64,000 bases of DNA from NCBI GenBank assembly GCA_963729605.1, contig CAVSNY010000007.1:576001-640000 (forward strand). Reading direction: 5' to 3'. The position numbers and the translations under genes were made by a program. This DNA comes from an uncultured Gammaproteobacteria bacterium (GTDB lineage Bacteria > Pseudomonadota > Gammaproteobacteria > DRLM01). The notes beneath the pieces were generated by a model. That model did not search any database, was not told where the DNA came from, and worked only from the letters and a program-made list of their open reading frames with translations. Shown here one piece after another: positions 28,551 to 40,616 of the stretch; positions within the stretch are counted from its first letter, which is position 1; each line of letters starts with the position of its first letter.

Positions 28551-29408
28551 TTAGGTCCTCCGCAAAGGGACGAATGAGTTCGCGAGCGTAGCTTGGCGCA
28601 GGCGCTCGGCTCGCTGGAGGTTGGCGTCCACCTCAGCCCCGGTTTCGCGGAGAATGGAGAGGCGACGGTCGATTTCGGCGACCACTCGCAGCTGTTCTGC
28701 AACTGGCGCTACAGGGAGTGGTAGCTGTGCGAATGACTCGCGAGTGAAATGCTTGATCGTGCTGCCTGTAAACCAACGCTCAAGCCGACCAGTCTTTGCC
28801 AAGAATTCTAGATAAAAGACGAGCAATCTCTGCTCATAACCAGCCTTAAACCTCACGCGGTGGATGGCCTTCTGGTACATCATTCCAAGAACTCGGCCAT
28901 CCCAAATGGCTGCTCTGCCTGGTTCGCCTCCCTCGCACACCAAAACATCCCCGGTTTGCAATCCATACCTTTCAAGCTCGCTATCTTTGAAAAACATCGT
29001 CAGCAAGTCTGATGAGTCAGCCGAATCCCAGCGAACATTGATGTTTCGAAGGTAAGGCAACTCCTTCCCTAATTGATGCTTCTGCTTATCCAGCATCTTT
29101 CCCAGCTGAACATTCGCTAGCTGTTCTACCGTCGCCCACACCCACCCCTCCGGCAATTCTGGCAGGTCGGTGGTGTCGGGCGCGGCGGGTTCTTTGTATT
29201 TGCCCTTACCTTTCCACTGGCTGCGGCGGGTTTCGAGGATGCGTTGCAGGAGTTGTTCGCCGGTTTCGTAGCTGCGGCCTTCGCTGCGGGCGAGTTCCAC
29301 GCCGCGGTAAGCCGTGATATTGGCTTGGTCGACATCGCAGACATGCCAGCCCGCTTGGGCAAGCAATTGATCGATCTCCCCTCGGGCGTCTTGTTCCGGA
29401 TTCCCCAT
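28551..29408 (-). pseudogene. Fusion of HsdR N-terminus to the C-terminal half of HsdS
   Basis: MGNPEQDARGEIDQLLAQAGW (HsdR-like) joined to GEQLLQRIL..LPELPEGWVW..PVAEQLRVVAEIDRRLS (HsdS). Confidence 0.8.
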
Positions 29409-29720
29409 CTTCCCAGCTTCAGGCTTGTTTTTGTGAGCACAGCGCGTCGGCATTCCCCGCCACGGATCATAACATTCGAGCGATGGAAAACCAGCCGAAC
29501 ACCCTGACTAAGCTCGTGTGTGGACGAAGCCGGCCCGCCCGCTGGCGAGACCGTCTTCGTCCTGGGCATTGACCTGCGTGTAATGATGAAACACGGCGAG
29601 CAAGGTTTCATCGACATGTCGCGCGTGGTGTTTATCCGGGGATGTGATGACGGGTGAATGAATCGGAGTCCGTTCCGCGTGGGCACGGAAGACGTGCCCA
29701 TCCTATTGTGTTCATCGCCC

Positions 29721-30296
29721 TCAGAAGCGATAGCCCACTCCCAGCTCCCAGGCGTAGACATTCGCGCCGGCGAAACGGTAGGTGTTCCATCCCAGCCGCA
29801 CCGGCAGATAGGGGGTGGCCGCCAGTTCCAGACCGATGCCCAGGTTGCCGCTCACGCCGTTATCGGAAAATTTTCGCGATGCCGTGGCGCTGGCCAGGGT
29901 GTAATCGGCCTTCCATGCCAATACGCCAAGTTTGAATATCCCATCGATCCTTTCGTGCATCGCTTTGCGCATGACCACGTTGAAGGTCCAACCCGAGGCG
30001 GTGACGGGGTGCACCGCCGAGGCGGTGGCGAGATAGCTGTCGACGTCGGAGGTCGCGCCGCTGATGGTGGTGGTCACCTCGCCCAGATCGACATAGCCGA
30101 ATTCAAAAGCGGCATGTTTATGTACCTGATAACCGATATAGGGCGACCAGCCGTCGCGCGACAAATCGGTTTGCGTTACGTCGGCGGCCAAACTCAAGGC
30201 GCTGAACTCGGCCTCGAAATCAGCGCTCCGCTCATCACTCTTGACCGCGAGATAACTCACTCCGACATAAGCGGGTTTGAGCGAAGTGAGCGGCAT
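29721..30296 (-). CDS. OmpA-like outer-membrane beta-barrel, probably an N-terminally truncated fragment
   Basis: IGYQVHKHAAFEFGYVDLGE; C-terminal GVGYRF; no signal peptide. Confidence 0.6.
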   Translation of the reverse strand: MPLTSLKPAYVGVSYLAVKSDERSADFEAEFSALSLAADVTQTDLSRDGWSPYIGYQVHKHAAFEFGYVDLGEVTTTISGATSDVDSYLATASAVHPVTASGWTFNVVMRKAMHERIDGIFKLGVLAWKADYTLASATASRKFSDNGVSGNLGIGLELAATPYLPVRLGWNTYRFAGANVYAWELGVGYRF

Positions 30297-30539
30297 GGGT
30301 GGCTGGACCAGTCTGACGGGCGAAAAAATATTTCCTCGTCATGAAGATATGTCGCATAATCGCGAGCAGGTAAAATATCGTATAAATTTAAATTCGGGCG
30401 GCGTACCGGCCATGGGGATGGCCGTTCTACATTCCGCCCGGTAAAGTCCGCCAGTCCGAGAAGCGCCGCGACGTTGAAACAGGGCGCGTCCGCCGCCGGT
30501 GCGGGGCGGGAAGCGCGTGACGTCGGCCGCGGTGCGTAA

Positions 30540-31205
<666 letters not shown>

Positions 31206-31286
31206 CCGGCCCGCCATTCCCAAGGGCGCGGCAAGCGGGGTATACTCCCCGGTCACTGTTATTGCTTCACGCTCAAGGGGAAATTC

Positions 31287-31613
31287 ATGGCGCGAGTCAC
31301 TGTAGAAGATTGTCTGGACAACGTCGACAACCGTTTCCAATTGGTGCTGATCGCCACCCGGCGGGCGCGCCAGTTGGCCAAAGGCACGGCGCAGCCCGGC
31401 CTGCCTTGGGAAAACGACAAGCCCACCGTGATGGCGCTCCGCGAAATCGCCGAGGGTTTGGTGGACGTGTCGATCCTCGATCAAGTGCCCGCCGACGAAT
31501 TCGTTCACTCCGCCGAGATGACCGAGGCCCAGCGCGCCGAGCTGGAGGCCGAAGTGGGTGAAAAGGCCGCCGTGCAAGTCGCCCCCGGTCGGGAGGACGC
31601 GGGTGAGGAGTGA
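31287..31613 (+). CDS. rpoZ: RNA polymerase omega subunit
   Basis: [28 protein letters not shown]. Confidence 0.97.
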   Translation: MARVTVEDCLDNVDNRFQLVLIATRRARQLAKGTAQPGLPWENDKPTVMALREIAEGLVDVSILDQVPADEFVHSAEMTEAQRAELEAEVGEKAAVQVAPGREDAGEE

Positions 31614-31637
31614 TACTCCTCCCGTTGCCCGGCAGCC

Positions 31638-33872
31638 TTGAATAATCCAGCGCCCAGTCACACTCTCGCCGATACCCCTCAAGATTCCACCCGCGCGGTG
31701 ATCGGTGATCTCTGCACGCTGCTCACTTCCTATCTTGAACCCTCGCAGGTGGAGGGCGTGCGGCGCGCCTGCGATTTCGCCGCCGCCGCCCACGCCGGCC
31801 AGCAGCGCGCCTCCGGTGAACCCTATGTGCAACACCCCATCGCGGTGGCGCGCATCCTCGCCGAGATGCGCATGGATCACGAGAGCATCATGGCCGCCAT
31901 CCTCCATGACGTGATCGAAGACACCCCCACCGCCAAGGAGCAGATCGCCACCCAGTTCGGCGCCGAGGTCGCGGAGCTGGTGGACGGGGTGAGCAAGCTC
32001 ACCCAGATCCGCTTCAGCAGCAAGGCCGAGGCCCAGGCCGAAAACTTCCGCAAGATGATGCTGGCCATGGTGCGCGACATCCGGGTGATCCTGGTCAAGC
32101 TCGCCGACCGGGTTCACAACATGCGCACCGTGTCGGCCCTGCCGCCGGCCAAGCGCCGCCGCATCGCCCGCGAGACCCTGGAAATCTACGCGCCCATCGC
32201 CAACCGGCTGGGTATGAACGCCATCCGTTTGGAATTGGAAGACCTCGGCTTCGCCGGGCTTTATCCCCATCGCCACCGTGTGCTGGCCGAGGCGGTAAAG
32301 AAGGCGCGCGGCAACCGCAAGGAAATCGTCGACCAAGATTCAAGGCATGATGGAGCAGCGCCTCAGCGAAGAGGGGCCGCCGGCTCGGGTGGTAGGGCCG
32401 CGAGAAACACATCTACAGCATCTATCGCAAAATGCGGCAAAAGGCCTTGCCTTTCTCCGAGGTGTTCGACGTCTACGCCTTCCGCATCGTCGTCGATAAA
32501 GTCGATACCTGTTACCGGGTGTTGGGCGCGGTGCACAATCTCTACAAACCGGTGCCCGGTAAGTTCAAGGACTACATCGCCATCCCCAAGGCCAACGGTT
32601 ACCAATCCCTGCACACCGTGTTGTTCGGGCCTCATGGCGTGCCCATCGAGGTCCAGATCCGCACCGAGGAAATGGACACGGTGGCCGAGGCCGGTATCGC
32701 CGCCCACTGGCTGTATAAAACCGGCGACAGCAGTGGCGCCAGCGCGCAGGTGCGGGCGCGGGAATGGTTGCGCGGTCTGCTCGAGATGCAGAAAAAGCGC
32801 CGGCAACTCCCTGGAGTTTTTGGAAAACGTCAAGATCGACCTCTTCCCCGACGAGGTCTACGTGTTCACCCCCAAGGGCGAGATCATGAAGCTGCCGCGC
32901 GGCGCCACCGCGGTGGATTTCGCCTACAACGTCCACACCGACGTGGGCAACACCTGCGTCGCCGCGAAGATCGACCGCCGCCTGGCGCCGCTGCGCAGCC
33001 AGTTGGGCAACGGCCAGACCGTGGAGATCATCACCGCGCCCGGCGCGCGTCCCAATCCGGCCTGGCTCAACTTCGTGGTCAGCGGCAAGGCGCGGGCGAA
33101 TATCCGCCACTATTTGAAGAACCTCAAACGGGAAGAGGCCATCCAATTGGGCCGCCGCCTGCTCGATCGCTCCCTGGCCGCCAATGCGCTCAGCTTCGAA
33201 CAATTGCCGCCGGAACGTTTGGCCGCCACGATCAAGGAGCTCAAGTTCGCCAGCGCCGACGACCTGTTGGAAAGCATCGGTCTCGGCAACCGGGTCGCCA
33301 CCCTGGTGGCGCGTCACTTGATAGCCGACCTGGAGACGCCGCCTCCCGACTCTAAATCCGGCGTTTTCAAGAAGGCCATCACCCGCTACGTGCCGGCCTG
33401 GCTGCGCGGCGGCGAGCGCGACGCGCCGCGGCCGCTGGCCATCAAGGGCACCGAGGGCATGGTGGTGGCCTACGCCAAGTGTTGCCGGCCCATCCCCGGC
33501 GATCCCATCGTCGGTTTCGTCACCGCCGGCCGCGGCATCGTCATCCACACCGCCCATTGCAAGAACCTCGCGGAATTCCGCAACCGGCCCGAGAAGTGGA
33601 TCGACGTGGCCTGGGAGTCGGAAGTGCAGGGCGATTTCCCGGTGGAAATCCGTCTCGAAGTGGCCAATCAGCGCGGCGCGCTGGCCACGGTGGCGGCCGG
33701 CATTGCCGAGATGGATGCGAACATCGACAATGTCAGCATGGAAGAACGCGACGGCCGCTACAGCGCCTTGACCCTGTTGATCGAAGTGCACGATCGCGGC
33801 CACCTGGCGCGGGTGATTCGCCGGGTCCGTTCCATCGACATCGTGGCGCGCATCACTAGAACCAAAGGATAG
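31638..33872 (+). CDS. spoT: Bifunctional (p)ppGpp synthetase/hydrolase; compensating indels put about 32335-32795 out of frame
   Basis: HD domain LHDVIEDT; synthetase segment [23 protein letters not shown] in another frame; TGS and ACT domains. Confidence 0.93.
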   Translation: MNNPAPSHTLADTPQDSTRAVIGDLCTLLTSYLEPSQVEGVRRACDFAAAAHAGQQRASGEPYVQHPIAVARILAEMRMDHESIMAAILHDVIEDTPTAKEQIATQFGAEVAELVDGVSKLTQIRFSSKAEAQAENFRKMMLAMVRDIRVILVKLADRVHNMRTVSALPPAKRRRIARETLEIYAPIANRLGMNAIRLELEDLGFAGLYPHRHRVLAEAVKKARGNRKEIVDQDSRHDGAAPQRRGAAGSGGRAARNTSTASIAKCGKRPCLSPRCSTSTPSASSSIKSIPVTGCWARCTISTNRCPVSSRTTSPSPRPTVTNPCTPCCSGLMACPSRSRSAPRKWTRWPRPVSPPTGCIKPATAVAPARRCGRGNGCAVCSRCRKSAGNSLEFLENVKIDLFPDEVYVFTPKGEIMKLPRGATAVDFAYNVHTDVGNTCVAAKIDRRLAPLRSQLGNGQTVEIITAPGARPNPAWLNFVVSGKARANIRHYLKNLKREEAIQLGRRLLDRSLAANALSFEQLPPERLAATIKELKFASADDLLESIGLGNRVATLVARHLIADLETPPPDSKSGVFKKAITRYVPAWLRGGERDAPRPLAIKGTEGMVVAYAKCCRPIPGDPIVGFVTAGRGIVIHTAHCKNLAEFRNRPEKWIDVAWESEVQGDFPVEIRLEVANQRGALATVAAGIAEMDANIDNVSMEERDGRYSALTLLIEVHDRGHLARVIRRVRSIDIVARITRTKG

Positions 33873-33877
33873 GGAGC

Positions 33878-34264
33878 ATGACTCGCGACATCATCAATAC
33901 CAATCGGGCGCCGGCGGCGATCGGCACCTATTCCCAGGCGGTGCGGGTCGGCGGCACCGTCTACCTCTCGGGCCAGATTCCGCTGGTGCCGGCCACCATG
34001 CAACTCCGCGACGGCGACATGCGCGCGCAGATCACGCAAGTCTTCGACAACCTCAAGGCGGTGGCCGAGGCGGCGGGCGGTAGCCTGGCCGACGTGGTCA
34101 AGCTCAATATCTTTCTCACCGACCTCGCCCACTTTCCGCTGGTCAACGAAGTGATGGCCGGCTATTTCCGCGAGCCGTATCCGGCCCGCGCCGCGATCGG
34201 GGTGGCGGCCCTGCCCAAGGGCGCGGCGGTGGAGGCGGACGGGATCATGGTCTTGAGCGACTGA
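33878..34264 (+). CDS. ridA: RidA family enamine/imine deaminase
   Basis: [28 protein letters not shown]. Confidence 0.93.
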   Translation: MTRDIINTNRAPAAIGTYSQAVRVGGTVYLSGQIPLVPATMQLRDGDMRAQITQVFDNLKAVAEAAGGSLADVVKLNIFLTDLAHFPLVNEVMAGYFREPYPARAAIGVAALPKGAAVEADGIMVLSD

Positions 34265-34308
34265 GGCGGGCAAAGCCAGCGATCCGGCCGCCACCCCATC
34301 TCCTCGCC

Positions 34309-36432
34309 ATGGCGATCCTCACCCCCCCTGCGCGGCGCGGCGCGCCCATGGACCGGACGGCGGGCTTGGCCGGACCGGTCACCGGACTCAAGGGCGTGGG
34401 GCCGCGCATGGCGGCGCGTCTGGAGCGGCTGGGTATCCGCCTCGCGCAAGACGTCTTGTTCCATTTGCCGGCCCGTTATCAGGACCGCACCCGTGTCGTC
34501 CCCATCGGCGCCTTGCGGGTGGGCGACGAGGCGGTGATCGAAGGTGAAGTGCAGCTCACCGAATTGCGTTACGGCAAACGCCCCACCTTGTTGTCCCGCA
34601 TCAGCGACGGCACCGGCAGTCTCACCCTGCGTTTTTTCCATTTCAACGCCAAGCAGCGCGACGCCTTGCAGCGCGGCGTGCGGCTGCGTTGTTACGGCGA
34701 AGTGCGCACCGGCCCCGCCACGCTGGAGATGGTCCATCCCGAATACGGGCCGCTGACCCCCGATGCCGCCGAACCGGAAGAAACGCTGACCCCGATTTAT
34801 CCCACCACCGAAGGGCTGCATCAGCTCAGTCTGCGCAATCTCACCGAGCAGGCGCTGGCGCGGTTGGCGGCGGATGACGGCGTCGAGGAATGGCTGCCCG
34901 CCGAGTTATTGGCCGCGCTGCGCCTGCCCGGTTTGGCGGCGGCGCTGCGTTATGTGCACCGGCCGCCGGTGGGCGCGCCGGTGGATATCTTGCTGGCCGG
35001 ACGCCATCCCGCGCAGCAGCGGCTCGCGTTCGAAGAATTGCTCGCCCATCATTTGAGCCTGCGTCAATTGCGGGCGCGGGTGCAGCGGCGCCGCGCGCCG
35101 GTGTTGCGCACCTCCGGCGCCTTGTTCCGCGCCTTGCGGGAATCCTTGCCTTTTCAACTCACCGCCGCGCAACAGCGGGTGATCGCCGAGATTCGCGCGG
35201 ATTTGCAGCGCGCCCATCCCATGCAGCGGCTGGTGCAGGGCGACGTGGGTTCGGGCAAGACCCTGGTGGCCGCGGCGGCGGTGCTCGCCGCGGTGGAGGC
35301 GGGACAGCAGGCGGCGGTGATGGCGCCGACCGAGTTGCTCGCCGAACAGCATCGGCGCAACTTCGGCGCCTGGCTCGACCCGCTCAACGTGCGCATCGAC
35401 TGGCTCGCGGGCAAGCTCAAGACCAAGGAACGTACGGCGGCGCTGCAACGCCTGGCCAGCGGCGCGACGCAGGTGGCGGTGGGGACTCACGCCTTGTTTC
35501 AAGATCAGGTCGCGTTCGAAAAACTCGGGTTGGTGGTGATCGACGAGCAGCACCGCTTCGGCGTGCATCAGCGTTTGGCGCTGTGGGAGAAGGGCGATCA
35601 CGGCGGCCAGTATCCCCATCAACTGATCATGACCGCCACTCCGATCCCGCGCACCCTGGCCATGACGGCCTACGCCGACCTCGATGTGTCGGTGATCGAC
35701 GAACTGCCGCCCGGCCGCCAGCCGGTGGAGACGGTGGTGATCCCCGGCAGCCGCCGCGACGAGGTGGTGTTGCGGGTGCGGCTCGCCTGCCGCGAGGGGC
35801 GCCAGGCCTATTGGGTGTGCACGCTCATCGAAGAATCGGAAGTGCTGCAATGCCAGGCCGCCGAGGAGACCGCGCGAGTCTTGGCCGAGGTCTTGCCCGA
35901 TCTGCGGGTGGGTTTGTTGCACGGCCGCATGAAGGGCGCCGAGAAAGAGGCGGTGATGACGGCCTTCAAGGCCGGCGAACTCGATCTGCTGGTGGCGACC
36001 ACCGTGATCGAAGTCGGCGTGGACGTGCCCAACGCCAGTCTGATGGTGATCGAAAACGCCGAGCGTTTAGGTCTCGCGCAATTGCATCAATTGCGCGGCC
36101 GCGTCGGGCGCGGCAATCAGAAGAGCGCATGCGTACTGATGTATCAGCCGCCGCTGTCGCGGCAAGGCCGCGCGCGGCTCGCGACCTTGCGCGAGACCAG
36201 CGACGGCTTCGAAATCGCGCGCCGCGATTTGGAAATCCGCGGCCCCGGCGAGGTGCTGGGCACGCGGCAGAGCGGCTTGCTGCAACTCAAGATCGCCGAT
36301 GTGCTGCGCGACCAGGGTTTGATCCCGCAGGTGGACGCGGCCGCGCAGCGCCTGCTGCGCGACTACCCGAGCCACGTGACGCCGCTGATCCGCCGCTGGC
36401 TGGGCGAGGCGGGGCGGTTTGGCGACGTGTGA
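34309..36432 (+). CDS. recG: ATP-dependent DNA helicase RecG
   Basis: QGDVGSGKT, DEQHRFGV, MTATPIPRTL, QLRGRVGRG. Confidence 0.97.
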   Translation: MAILTPPARRGAPMDRTAGLAGPVTGLKGVGPRMAARLERLGIRLAQDVLFHLPARYQDRTRVVPIGALRVGDEAVIEGEVQLTELRYGKRPTLLSRISDGTGSLTLRFFHFNAKQRDALQRGVRLRCYGEVRTGPATLEMVHPEYGPLTPDAAEPEETLTPIYPTTEGLHQLSLRNLTEQALARLAADDGVEEWLPAELLAALRLPGLAAALRYVHRPPVGAPVDILLAGRHPAQQRLAFEELLAHHLSLRQLRARVQRRRAPVLRTSGALFRALRESLPFQLTAAQQRVIAEIRADLQRAHPMQRLVQGDVGSGKTLVAAAAVLAAVEAGQQAAVMAPTELLAEQHRRNFGAWLDPLNVRIDWLAGKLKTKERTAALQRLASGATQVAVGTHALFQDQVAFEKLGLVVIDEQHRFGVHQRLALWEKGDHGGQYPHQLIMTATPIPRTLAMTAYADLDVSVIDELPPGRQPVETVVIPGSRRDEVVLRVRLACREGRQAYWVCTLIEESEVLQCQAAEETARVLAEVLPDLRVGLLHGRMKGAEKEAVMTAFKAGELDLLVATTVIEVGVDVPNASLMVIENAERLGLAQLHQLRGRVGRGNQKSACVLMYQPPLSRQGRARLATLRETSDGFEIARRDLEIRGPGEVLGTRQSGLLQLKIADVLRDQGLIPQVDAAAQRLLRDYPSHVTPLIRRWLGEAGRFGDV

Positions 36433-36496
36433 AGGATGAGTGATGATCATCATCAAAGCGGCAAAGAAGATTGATTGCTGAAACGCATTCTTATAA

Positions 36497-38362
36497 GTCT
36501 TAATCCCTTCTTCATCAGGTCATGCATTCAAACCGCCGTGACGGTGACGGCCGAGCTGTTGATCTGTCTTAATCCCTTCTTCATCAGGTCATGCATTCAA
36601 ACATGTGGGAAGGATGTTATGCCTGCATCCATCCAGGTCTTAATCCCTTCTTCATCAGGTCATGCATTCAAACACTTATATCGAAACCACCGTGACCGGC
36701 GCCGTGGGTCTTAATCCCTTCTTCATCAGGTCATGCATTCAAACCCTTCGCGTCCACCCTTCACACCCTTTGCGTCCGTCTTAATCCCTTCTTCATCAGG
36801 TCATGCATTCAAACGGCCGAGTGACTACGGATCATATTCCGAGCTTCTGTCTTAATCCCTTCTTCATCAGGTCATGCATTCAAACGGCGTAACCGTGGAC
36901 ACGTCCGGGTTCCTGGCGTCTTAATCCCTTCTTCATCAGGTCATGCATTCAAACCCAGCCTTGAGATTTGACATGGGGATGGGGAGGGGGTCTTAATCCC
37001 TTCTTCATCAGGTCATGCATTCAAACCCCATAGGCGCGTCGGGCATGTCCCGCTGGTGTCTTAATCCCTTCTTCATCAGGTCATGCATTCAAACAAGCGA
37101 TCGGGCCAATTCACATTGACACGCTGGGTCTTAATCCCTTCTTCATCAGGTCATGCATTCAAACCTCGGCGAAGAAGGTCATCGAGGCCGTGTCCCATGT
37201 CTTAATCCCTTCTTCATCAGGTCATGCATTCAAACCGCCATCAATGACAACATCTTTGCCCAGATCAAAGTCTTAATCCCTTCTTCATCAGGTCATGCAT
37301 TCAAACATTAGGATGTTGTCGGCCACAGCGCCACGCGTGAGTCTTAATCCCTTCTTCATCAGGTCATGCATTCAAACACCTCGGCGGAGTAGATGCCAGC
37401 GACAATTACACGTCTTAATCCCTTCTTCATCAGGTCATGCATTCAAACTTATCCATCGTGCGGGCGGCCCGCGTGTCTTATAGTCTTAATCCCTTCTTCA
37501 TCAGGTCATGCATTCAAACGAGCCGCTCGCCATCTTCTACCAGGAGTCGGTGTCTTAATCCCTTCTTCATCAGGTCATGCATTCAAACCGTTCAGTAATT
37601 TTTCAGGATCGACCGGCCGCTGGTCTTAATCCCTTCTTCATCAGGTCATGCATTCAAACCGCTACGCCATCTTGAATGCCGCGGCCGTGGTCCGTCTTAA
37701 TCCCTTCTTCATCAGGTCATGCATTCAAACCTCGCCACCGCGCTGGATAACACCTCGGTGTATGAGTGTCTTAATCCCTTCTTCATCAGGTCATGCATTC
37801 AAACGGCGCTGGTATGTATGCGCCCGCCGACTCAGACGTCTTAATCCCTTCTTCATCAGGTCATGCATTCAAACCGAAAAGGGCGGACCACTAGACCCAG
37901 CAGACGTCTTAATCCCTTCTTCATCAGGTCATGCATTCAAACATACCTGAAGAACTGGTTGGCGAGTTTATGATTGTCTTAATCCCTTCTTCATCAGGTC
38001 ATGCATTCAAACCGAGGCATCGTCGTTAATGATGTGCGGCGCATGGTCTTAATCCCTTCTTCATCAGGTCATGCATTCAAACGCCCCGGCCATGAGGCAT
38101 CGTGAGGCGTAGGGTCTTAATCCCTTCTTCATCAGGTCATGCATTCAAACGGCCTGCGCAGAGTCTATGCAAACCGCGACGGACGTCTTAATCCCTTCTT
38201 CATCAGGTCATGCATTCAAACCTATGGCATGAATTCTCGCACGCACTCCGACGCGTCTTAATCCCTTCTTCATCAGGTCATGCATTCAAACCGAGGAACA
38301 TCACGAAGCTTGCGGCGCAGGTTACGTCTTAATCCCTTCTTCATCAGGTCATGCATTCAAAC
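36497..38362 (-). CRISPR. CRISPR array: 27 identical 37-bp repeats, 26 spacers of about 31-37 bp
   Basis: Repeat on the minus strand is GTTTGAATGCATGACCTGATGAAGAAGGGATTAAGAC (type III-like 3' end ATTAAGAC). Confidence 0.98.
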
Positions 38363-38484
38363 CGCTCGTACTTTAAAAAATATCATAAACATTGAGTTGG
38401 AAAATGCGTTGCCAATTTTTTCGCCACTCTGGAAATCGCCTCACGGAGCAATCCCTCCTAGAGATTAGACTCCAGAAATGGAAT
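38363..38484 (-). promoter_or_regulatory. CRISPR leader
   Basis: AT-rich segment between cas2 and the first repeat. Confidence 0.7.
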
Positions 38485-38817
38485 CTACTCCTTCTTAGGT
38501 GTCGCTGAAAAGAGTCCCGTCTCTATTTCATCACCAAAAAACAGTGACGCCTCTTCGGGAAGGACGCGTTTGCCGATCATCGTTATATGTGCCGGCTGGG
38601 GCACGGCGTAGATGCGTACGTCGTCGCAAGCGGGTTCGATGAATTGTTCAAGTTCTTGGGCTAATTTTCCGATTCGCGCGGGACTCGCCTGTGTGCCAAA
38701 AACTGAATACTGTAGAGGCACTGCGCATCCTTTGAGAAAACGGTGTACCCGCGCTAAACGGCGGTGATCGCGGATGTCATAGGCAATCAACCAAGCGCGC
38801 TTCTGATTTAGCGCCAT
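38485..38817 (-). CDS. cas2: Cas2
   Basis: WLIAYDIRDHRRLARV..PLQYSVF..DDVRIY. Confidence 0.93.
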   Translation of the reverse strand: MALNQKRAWLIAYDIRDHRRLARVHRFLKGCAVPLQYSVFGTQASPARIGKLAQELEQFIEPACDDVRIYAVPQPAHITMIGKRVLPEEASLFFGDEIETGLFSATPKKE

Positions 38818-39623
38818 TCGTGCAATCTCCTGGCGAGCAATTGCGCCAGTCTGCCTAGCGCGCTGGCGATAAGCGCATCCAGTTTGGCATCATAGATATG
38901 CAGCAAGTGCAGCGCGGTATGCTCGTCCAGGTGGGCTCGCTCGTGCATTTCGCCCGAATCGAGATGCAAGGCGAGCCGTAGTACTGCGGCCATATCCTCC
39001 GCCAGCTTTAATGGAACGCCGTCGAAACCCCAATGGACGGCTTGGAGTCCGCGTTGATCCAGATGTTCGATAGCCAGTGCAAGCAGCCAGCCGTTGGAAA
39101 TGGTCTCCGTTTCCATTTTTTCCTGGCAATAGACGTGCCGGCGAACCAATTCGCGCCATGAGTGGGATTCCACAACACCGCGCTCCGCACTTTGCCGCCA
39201 TTTCACCAAATGGCGCATGCGCTCGGCGCGTAGGAAGGTTGCCCACTGCTCTTGCCAGTCGGGCCGATCAAGGAACTCATCCAGCAGCCGGGCCAGGTCA
39301 GTCTGTGTTTGTCCGGTCGGTTGAAGGTAGCCATACGGCGTTCCCTCTCGATCAATAAACACGATGGAGACACGCTGTTTCAGGCACAACTGCAAGGCGG
39401 ACGCGGTCCAGGTACAGCGGCCGCTGACAATCACGCGTGAGACACGGGCAATCGGGTAAGCGCCGCTGGCGCGACCGGCCATGGTAATCATGAGGGCGGC
39501 TCCTTTGGTGTCAGCGATCATGTCTGTCCCGCTGAGATAGAGTGGGCGCGCACCCGGCATGCCGGGACGATTGGCAATATATTTAGGCGAATGCGAAATG
39601 GCCGGTCCGCTCATGCCATTCAT
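38808..39623 (-). CDS. Divergent Cas1-like protein, probably inactive
   Basis: N-terminal Cas1-like beta domain (YPIARVSRVIVSG..ALQLCLKQRVSIVFIDREG..YG); no recognisable E/H/D catalytic motifs. Confidence 0.6.
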   Translation of the reverse strand: MNGMSGPAISHSPKYIANRPGMPGARPLYLSGTDMIADTKGAALMITMAGRASGAYPIARVSRVIVSGRCTWTASALQLCLKQRVSIVFIDREGTPYGYLQPTGQTQTDLARLLDEFLDRPDWQEQWATFLRAERMRHLVKWRQSAERGVVESHSWRELVRRHVYCQEKMETETISNGWLLALAIEHLDQRGLQAVHWGFDGVPLKLAEDMAAVLRLALHLDSGEMHERAHLDEHTALHLLHIYDAKLDALIASALGRLAQLLARRLHEWR

Positions 39624-40609
39624 TAAAACATTTCCTCATCCCCGGGCGAGTCCAGCCATGATGCACCTCGCCCGCGCAGGCGGCGTGCCAATGCCGCGCA
39701 TTGTTGCCGCAACCAGCGGCGAATAGGTACGGCGAATTCATCATAGGCTTGATAGAAGTGCGTCCGCCCCGCCTTCTGCAGCAGGCAAGCCGCGCGATCA
39801 TGGGCAAAGTGCTCCGTGCGCAGAACGCGTCCGCGGAACAAATTCCACACCCAGGCATCCAGCTTCGGGCGCAGAGGTTCGATCAAATCGCAGGCAAGTG
39901 ATTCCCGACCGTGAGCGGGTCGATGATAGAACCCCACCAGGGGATCCAGCCCGGCGATATGGCTCGCGTGTACCGCATCGAAGTGCAACAGGGTATATCC
40001 GAGAGAAAGCACCGCGTTGACGGGATCGCGTGGCGGGCGGCGGTTGCGGCCCGTGAAGCCGAGTCCTTCTGGAAACAAGGCGCATAGGGCGCGAAAATAG
40101 GCCGCCGCCGCGCTTCCTTCGAGACCGCGTGTGCGGGCGGTTACCCCATCCTCCGATTCGGTGAGCGTGCGGATGATGGGATCGATGGTGCCTAGGGCAT
40201 CGGTGAGCGGCTTGCGGCAATCGGGACGTTGAAGCATGGCTTGCCGGAGCAGCTTTGCCTGGGCCCGGGTCTTGGCCAAGACGAGACGCTGCGACCAGTC
40301 ATTACAAAAATCCTCATCCAGCGCCATCTGGCATTGCGCAAGACGCACCGCCGCTTCGTTGTGGGCGGGGCCCAACACCAGGGCGAGGCGCCGGCTGTGA
40401 CGAGCGCTCAGCAGCAGGGTCGTTACTCCCGCTTCGCCAAGGCGGGTGAGCACGCCGGTTTCGATACGGATGGCCGCGCCCTGCAACACTACCCGGTCGA
40501 GCAAGGCGATGGGAATCGTGCCGCTGCGCGCGCCTGATTGGTACAGGGCCAGCGCCGAGCCATCGGCCCTTAACTCCAAATCCGAACGGTCAAGTACCAA
40601 CGTCGCCAT
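39623..40609 (-). CDS. cas1: Cas1
   Basis: RGLEGSAAAAYF, RNRRPPRDPVNAVLSLGY, GFYH, SLACDLIEPLR. Confidence 0.96.
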   Translation of the reverse strand: MATLVLDRSDLELRADGSALALYQSGARSGTIPIALLDRVVLQGAAIRIETGVLTRLGEAGVTTLLLSARHSRRLALVLGPAHNEAAVRLAQCQMALDEDFCNDWSQRLVLAKTRAQAKLLRQAMLQRPDCRKPLTDALGTIDPIIRTLTESEDGVTARTRGLEGSAAAAYFRALCALFPEGLGFTGRNRRPPRDPVNAVLSLGYTLLHFDAVHASHIAGLDPLVGFYHRPAHGRESLACDLIEPLRPKLDAWVWNLFRGRVLRTEHFAHDRAACLLQKAGRTHFYQAYDEFAVPIRRWLRQQCAALARRLRGRGASWLDSPGDEEMF

Positions 40610-40616
40610 GATGACC

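Noticed and set aside
32335-32795. spoT synthetase domain out of frame (possible programmed frameshift or natural inactivation)
   Set aside because: Several single-base indels, together with one in kdsD, are best explained as sequencing or assembly errors; the out-of-frame sequence is fully conserved
36745-36777. Spacer 4 loosely resembles the intergenic repeat at 14529-14553 (possible self-targeting)
   Set aside because: Only short, low-complexity similarity with many mismatches
36475-38468. Short ORFs with repeated LNPFFIRSCIQT peptides
   Set aside because: Translations of the CRISPR repeats
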